Source: a bacterium (GTDB lineage Bacteria > Elusimicrobiota > Elusimicrobia > UBA1565 > UBA9628). Taken from it: a stretch of DNA of 64,000 nt. Positions 61,383 through 64,000 of the stretch are shown here, one piece after another. The position numbers and the translations under genes are program-made. The notes beneath the pieces were generated by a model. It was not told where the DNA came from, did not search any database, and saw only the letters and a list, made by a program, of their open reading frames with translations. Within the stretch, counting starts at the first letter, position 1. Each line of letters starts with the position of its first letter. The stretch is from assembly GCA_021822495.1 (NCBI GenBank), contig JAKAQO010000005.1, forward strand, positions 42,548-106,547, in the 5' to 3' direction.

Positions 61383-64000
61383 ACAAGAACCTTAATCAAA
61401 TCCTCAAGACGCGCTTTTTTAGACCGCGCCGTATCATAAAGCAAACGAGTTTCAGAGACGTCTTCCGGCGCCGCCTTTGAAAGGTAATTGGAATCGGAAA
61501 GCTTTTGAGACAATTTACTCAAGTCGCTTTCAACTTTTTGAAGCTCTTTTCCCAGGCGTTCGGCTTCTTTTTTAAAATCAATCAAACCCTCAAGCGGGAC
61601 ATAAAAGCTAAAGCTTGAGGAAACCGCGGAAGCGACCTTGGCGGACAACCCACCATTTGTGGAGTTAAGAAAAGAAACCTCTTTCCCACCGGTTAACGCG
61701 ACCAAATAAGAGAGGTTCTGTTTTAGGAATTTCAGCTCCAAGGAATGTTCGCCTTGACAGATGATTGGAATCTTAAGCCCCGGCGAAATCCCAAGTTGAG
61801 AGCGCAAAGATCTTAAAGAGGCAACCGCTTCAATTAAAGCGCTCATTCCTTTTTGAGTTTCTTCCGTAATTTTAGTTTCCGGAACGCTCGGGAAACGGGA
61901 ATTCATCAAAAAATCCGCCGGTTGAATATCCCATCTCTTTAAGACCGAATAAATTTCTTCCGTCACAAAAGGCATCAAGGGATGAAGCATTTTGACCACG
62001 CCAATCAAAATTGTCACTAAAACGCGAAAGGCCGTTTTTCGAGCGTTTAAATCAGAACCTTGAAGCCTGAGTTTGGCAAGCTCCACATACCAATCGCAGA
62101 ATTTATCCCACAAAAATTCATACATTTGCTCCGCCGCGCCGGCGAGATTGTAAGCTCCCACCTCTTCTCGAACAGAGGCAATCATCTTTTGATACTCCGA
62201 TAAAATCCAAAGATCCGCCGCCTCCAACGGAAAATCCTGGAGATCGCCCAATTCTTCCGGGCTCACCGCGTTCATCAAGGCAAAGCGCGCCGTATTCCAC
62301 AATTTGTTGGTGAAATTACGCCCAGCAATCAGCGAATCTTCCGAGAAAATGATGTCTTTCCCGGGACGGGCCTGGGAAATCAAGGAGAAACGAAGAGCAT
62401 CGGTTCCGTATTTCTCCATCATTTGGAGGGGATCCACCACATTCCCCAGGGATTTAGACATTTTTTTTCCCTTTTTATCACGGACAATGCCGTGAATAAA
62501 GGCTTCCGAAAAGGGAACCTTCCCGGTAAAATAGAGGCCCATCATCTGCATCCGGGCAACCCACAAATAGATAATTTCATAGCCCGTGACGAGAATTTGA
62601 GTCGGATAATAGCGCGCGAGATCATCAGTCTTATCCGGCCAGCCAAAAACTGAAAAAGGCCAGAGGGCGGAAGAAAACCAGGTGTCTAAAACATCGGGGT
62701 CCTGGATAAACTCAGAGCCTCCGCAAGCAGAACAGGTTTTTGGTTTTTCGCTCGCGACCACTCCCTTGAGATTAGGAATTTGATGGAAAGGAGTATCTTT
62801 CGAAATAGCGTTACATTTGAGGCAATACCAGACGGGAATTTCATGCCCCCACCAAATCTGGCGGGATACGCACCAATCGCGAATATCAAGCAACCAATCC
62901 CGATAAGGCTTTTCCCAGGACACAGGATAAATTTTAAATTGCCCGGCGTCCAGCGCCTTTAAAGCCTCTGCGGCCAAGTCCTTGGTTTTGACAAACCACT
63001 GCTGAGAGAGTAACGGCTCTATAATTTCCTGACAACGGTAGCAAACCCCGACCGCGTGGGGGTGGGGTTCGGTTTTTTCCAAAAGACCTTGGGATTCCAA
63101 GTCCTGAAGAATTTTTTTGCGCGCCTCTTCTCTGGATAAACCGGCATAAACACCGCATTCTTCCGTCATCTTTCCCGCGGGAGAAATGACTTTAAGGCGG
63201 GGAAGCTTGTGGCGAAGCCCCATTTCAAAGTCATTGGGATCATGGGCCGGAGTGACTTTAACTGCGCCTGTTCCAAAAGAGGAATCCACAAAACCATCAG
63301 CAATGACCGGAATTTCCCGGTTGACGAGAGGCAAGCGCAGTTTTTTTCCAATTAAGGCTTGATAGCGCCGATCGTCTGGATGAACGGCAACAGCCACGTC
63401 TCCCAGCATGGTTTCGGGCCGAGTCGTGGCCACGACTAACCCCGCGCCGCCTAAAACCTCCGGGTAGCGGATATGCCAGAGATTTCCCTTTCTTTCCTCA
63501 TGTTCTACTTCAATATCGGATAAAGCCGTTCCGCATCTCACGCACCAATTGACCAAACGCTCTCCGCGGTAAAGAAGTCCATCGTCCCACAATTTTTTAA
63601 ACGCATGAAAAACGGACGTTTTCCGTTTTTCATCCATGGTAAAAGCCTCGCGGCTAAAATCAAGCGAACACCCCAGTTTTTTCAGCTGGCCTAAAATTGT
63701 TTCTTTGCAATGAACCGTCCAATCTTCCATGCGACTGGTAAAAGCCTCGCGGCCAAGCCGAATCCGGGAGGTGTTTTCCGTCTTTAAAATTTTTTCCATC
63801 ACGGTTTGAGTCGCAATGCCGCCGTGATCGGTTCCGGGAACCCAGCAGAGGTCTTTCCCCGACATTCTCTTTGAGCGAGCCAAAAAATCCTGAATTGTGT
63901 TATTAAGCGCGTGCCCGATATGAAGCGCTCCCGTTACGTTCGGAGGGGGGATGACCAGGGAATACGGCTCTCGATTTAAATCGGAATGAGAGTTAAAAAT
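61379..64000 (-). CDS. valS: Valyl-tRNA synthetase; the N-terminal end lies beyond the window
   Basis: KMSKSLGNV is the class I KMSKS motif. The HIGH motif (NVTGALHIGHALNN) is encoded at 63900-63940, upstream of the tracker's ATG, so the ORF continues to the window edge. The C-terminal coiled coil is typical of ValRS. Confidence 0.85.
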   Translation of the reverse strand: MFNSHSDLNREPYSLVIPPPNVTGALHIGHALNNTIQDFLARSKRMSGKDLCWVPGTDHGGIATQTVMEKILKTENTSRIRLGREAFTSRMEDWTVHCKETILGQLKKLGCSLDFSREAFTMDEKRKTSVFHAFKKLWDDGLLYRGERLVNWCVRCGTALSDIEVEHEERKGNLWHIRYPEVLGGAGLVVATTRPETMLGDVAVAVHPDDRRYQALIGKKLRLPLVNREIPVIADGFVDSSFGTGAVKVTPAHDPNDFEMGLRHKLPRLKVISPAGKMTEECGVYAGLSREEARKKILQDLESQGLLEKTEPHPHAVGVCYRCQEIIEPLLSQQWFVKTKDLAAEALKALDAGQFKIYPVSWEKPYRDWLLDIRDWCVSRQIWWGHEIPVWYCLKCNAISKDTPFHQIPNLKGVVASEKPKTCSACGGSEFIQDPDVLDTWFSSALWPFSVFGWPDKTDDLARYYPTQILVTGYEIIYLWVARMQMMGLYFTGKVPFSEAFIHGIVRDKKGKKMSKSLGNVVDPLQMMEKYGTDALRFSLISQARPGKDIIFSEDSLIAGRNFTNKLWNTARFALMNAVSPEELGDLQDFPLEAADLWILSEYQKMIASVREEVGAYNLAGAAEQMYEFLWDKFCDWYVELAKLRLQGSDLNARKTAFRVLVTILIGVVKMLHPLMPFVTEEIYSVLKRWDIQPADFLMNSRFPSVPETKITEETQKGMSALIEAVASLRSLRSQLGISPGLKIPIICQGEHSLELKFLKQNLSYLVALTGGKEVSFLNSTNGGLSAKVASAVSSSFSFYVPLEGLIDFKKEAERLGKELQKVESDLSKLSQKLSDSNYLSKAAPEDVSETRLLYDTARSKKARLEDLIKVLV

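Overview
This 64 kb window is a gene-dense bacterial chromosomal segment of about 50% GC. I could not place the lineage from sequence alone; the T9SS-type C-terminal sorting domain suggests it is outside the Proteobacteria. I recognise about 55 protein genes and three tRNA genes on the minus strand (Ser-CGA, Thr-TGT, Val-CAC).

Called genes, in order:
- A GH15 glucoamylase C-terminal fragment at the left edge and a PTS EIIA(Ntr)-like protein.
- A Hanks Ser/Thr kinase with an N-terminal TPR sensor, followed by two tandem paralogous Gly/Ala/Ser-rich membrane proteins.
- A convergent pair of DUF4143 AAA ATPases, a VapBC toxin-antitoxin pair, a carbon-nitrogen hydrolase, a thioesterase and an SRPBCC protein.
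- A surface-glycan cluster: Wzx flippase, two GT4 glycosyltransferases, a C-methyltransferase, a SAM methyltransferase, an orphan NarL-family regulator, a GT39/83-like membrane glycosyltransferase, a phosphohexomutase and a sugar nucleotidyltransferase.
- metK, the two CoA-transferase subunits, a Cys/Met-metabolism PLP enzyme and a Mg2+ P-type ATPase.
- A minus-strand operon of a CheX-like phosphatase, two CheY-like receivers and an atypical OmpR-like regulator.
- A 2544-aa repeat-rich surface protein ending in a T9SS-type C-terminal sorting domain.
- An IS200-like tyrosine transposase of the REP-associated type (RAYT), then an outer-membrane protein with a PorV/PorQ-like N-terminus.
- A histidine kinase fused in frame to a ring-forming periplasmic region and a FliG rotor domain. 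It is followed by a coiled-coil protein, MotA, MotB, a periplasmic HEAT-repeat protein and a CHASE2 class-III nucleotidyl cyclase.
- Thiolase, histidine ammonia-lyase, a tyrosine-catabolism-like set (FAH, cupin dioxygenase, VOC protein), a flavin reductase, and valS truncated at the right edge.

Two features stand out.

The first is a dispersed palindromic repeat, AAAAA-GGGGAC(A/T)GTCCCC-TTTTT, with about 29 cores at 18 loci. Most copies sit directly after stop codons, and many occur as inverted doublets with the geometry described for REP doublets (REPINs). The RAYT gene is embedded between two such doublets and carries one repeat in frame inside its own coding sequence. I read this as a REP/REPIN-RAYT system that doubles as bidirectional terminators. 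Copies are read through in frame by several ORFs, and a copy may encode part of a signal peptide.

The second is the HK-FliF-like-FliG fusion with MotAB and a cyclase. No FliM/N, export apparatus, hook or filament genes are present in the window. This looks like an orphan rotor-stator module, possibly tied to the adjacent T9SS-type giant protein and the CheY/CheX operon. That link is inference.

Start codons of three genes (the C-methyltransferase, the outer-membrane protein and hutH) are unresolved.
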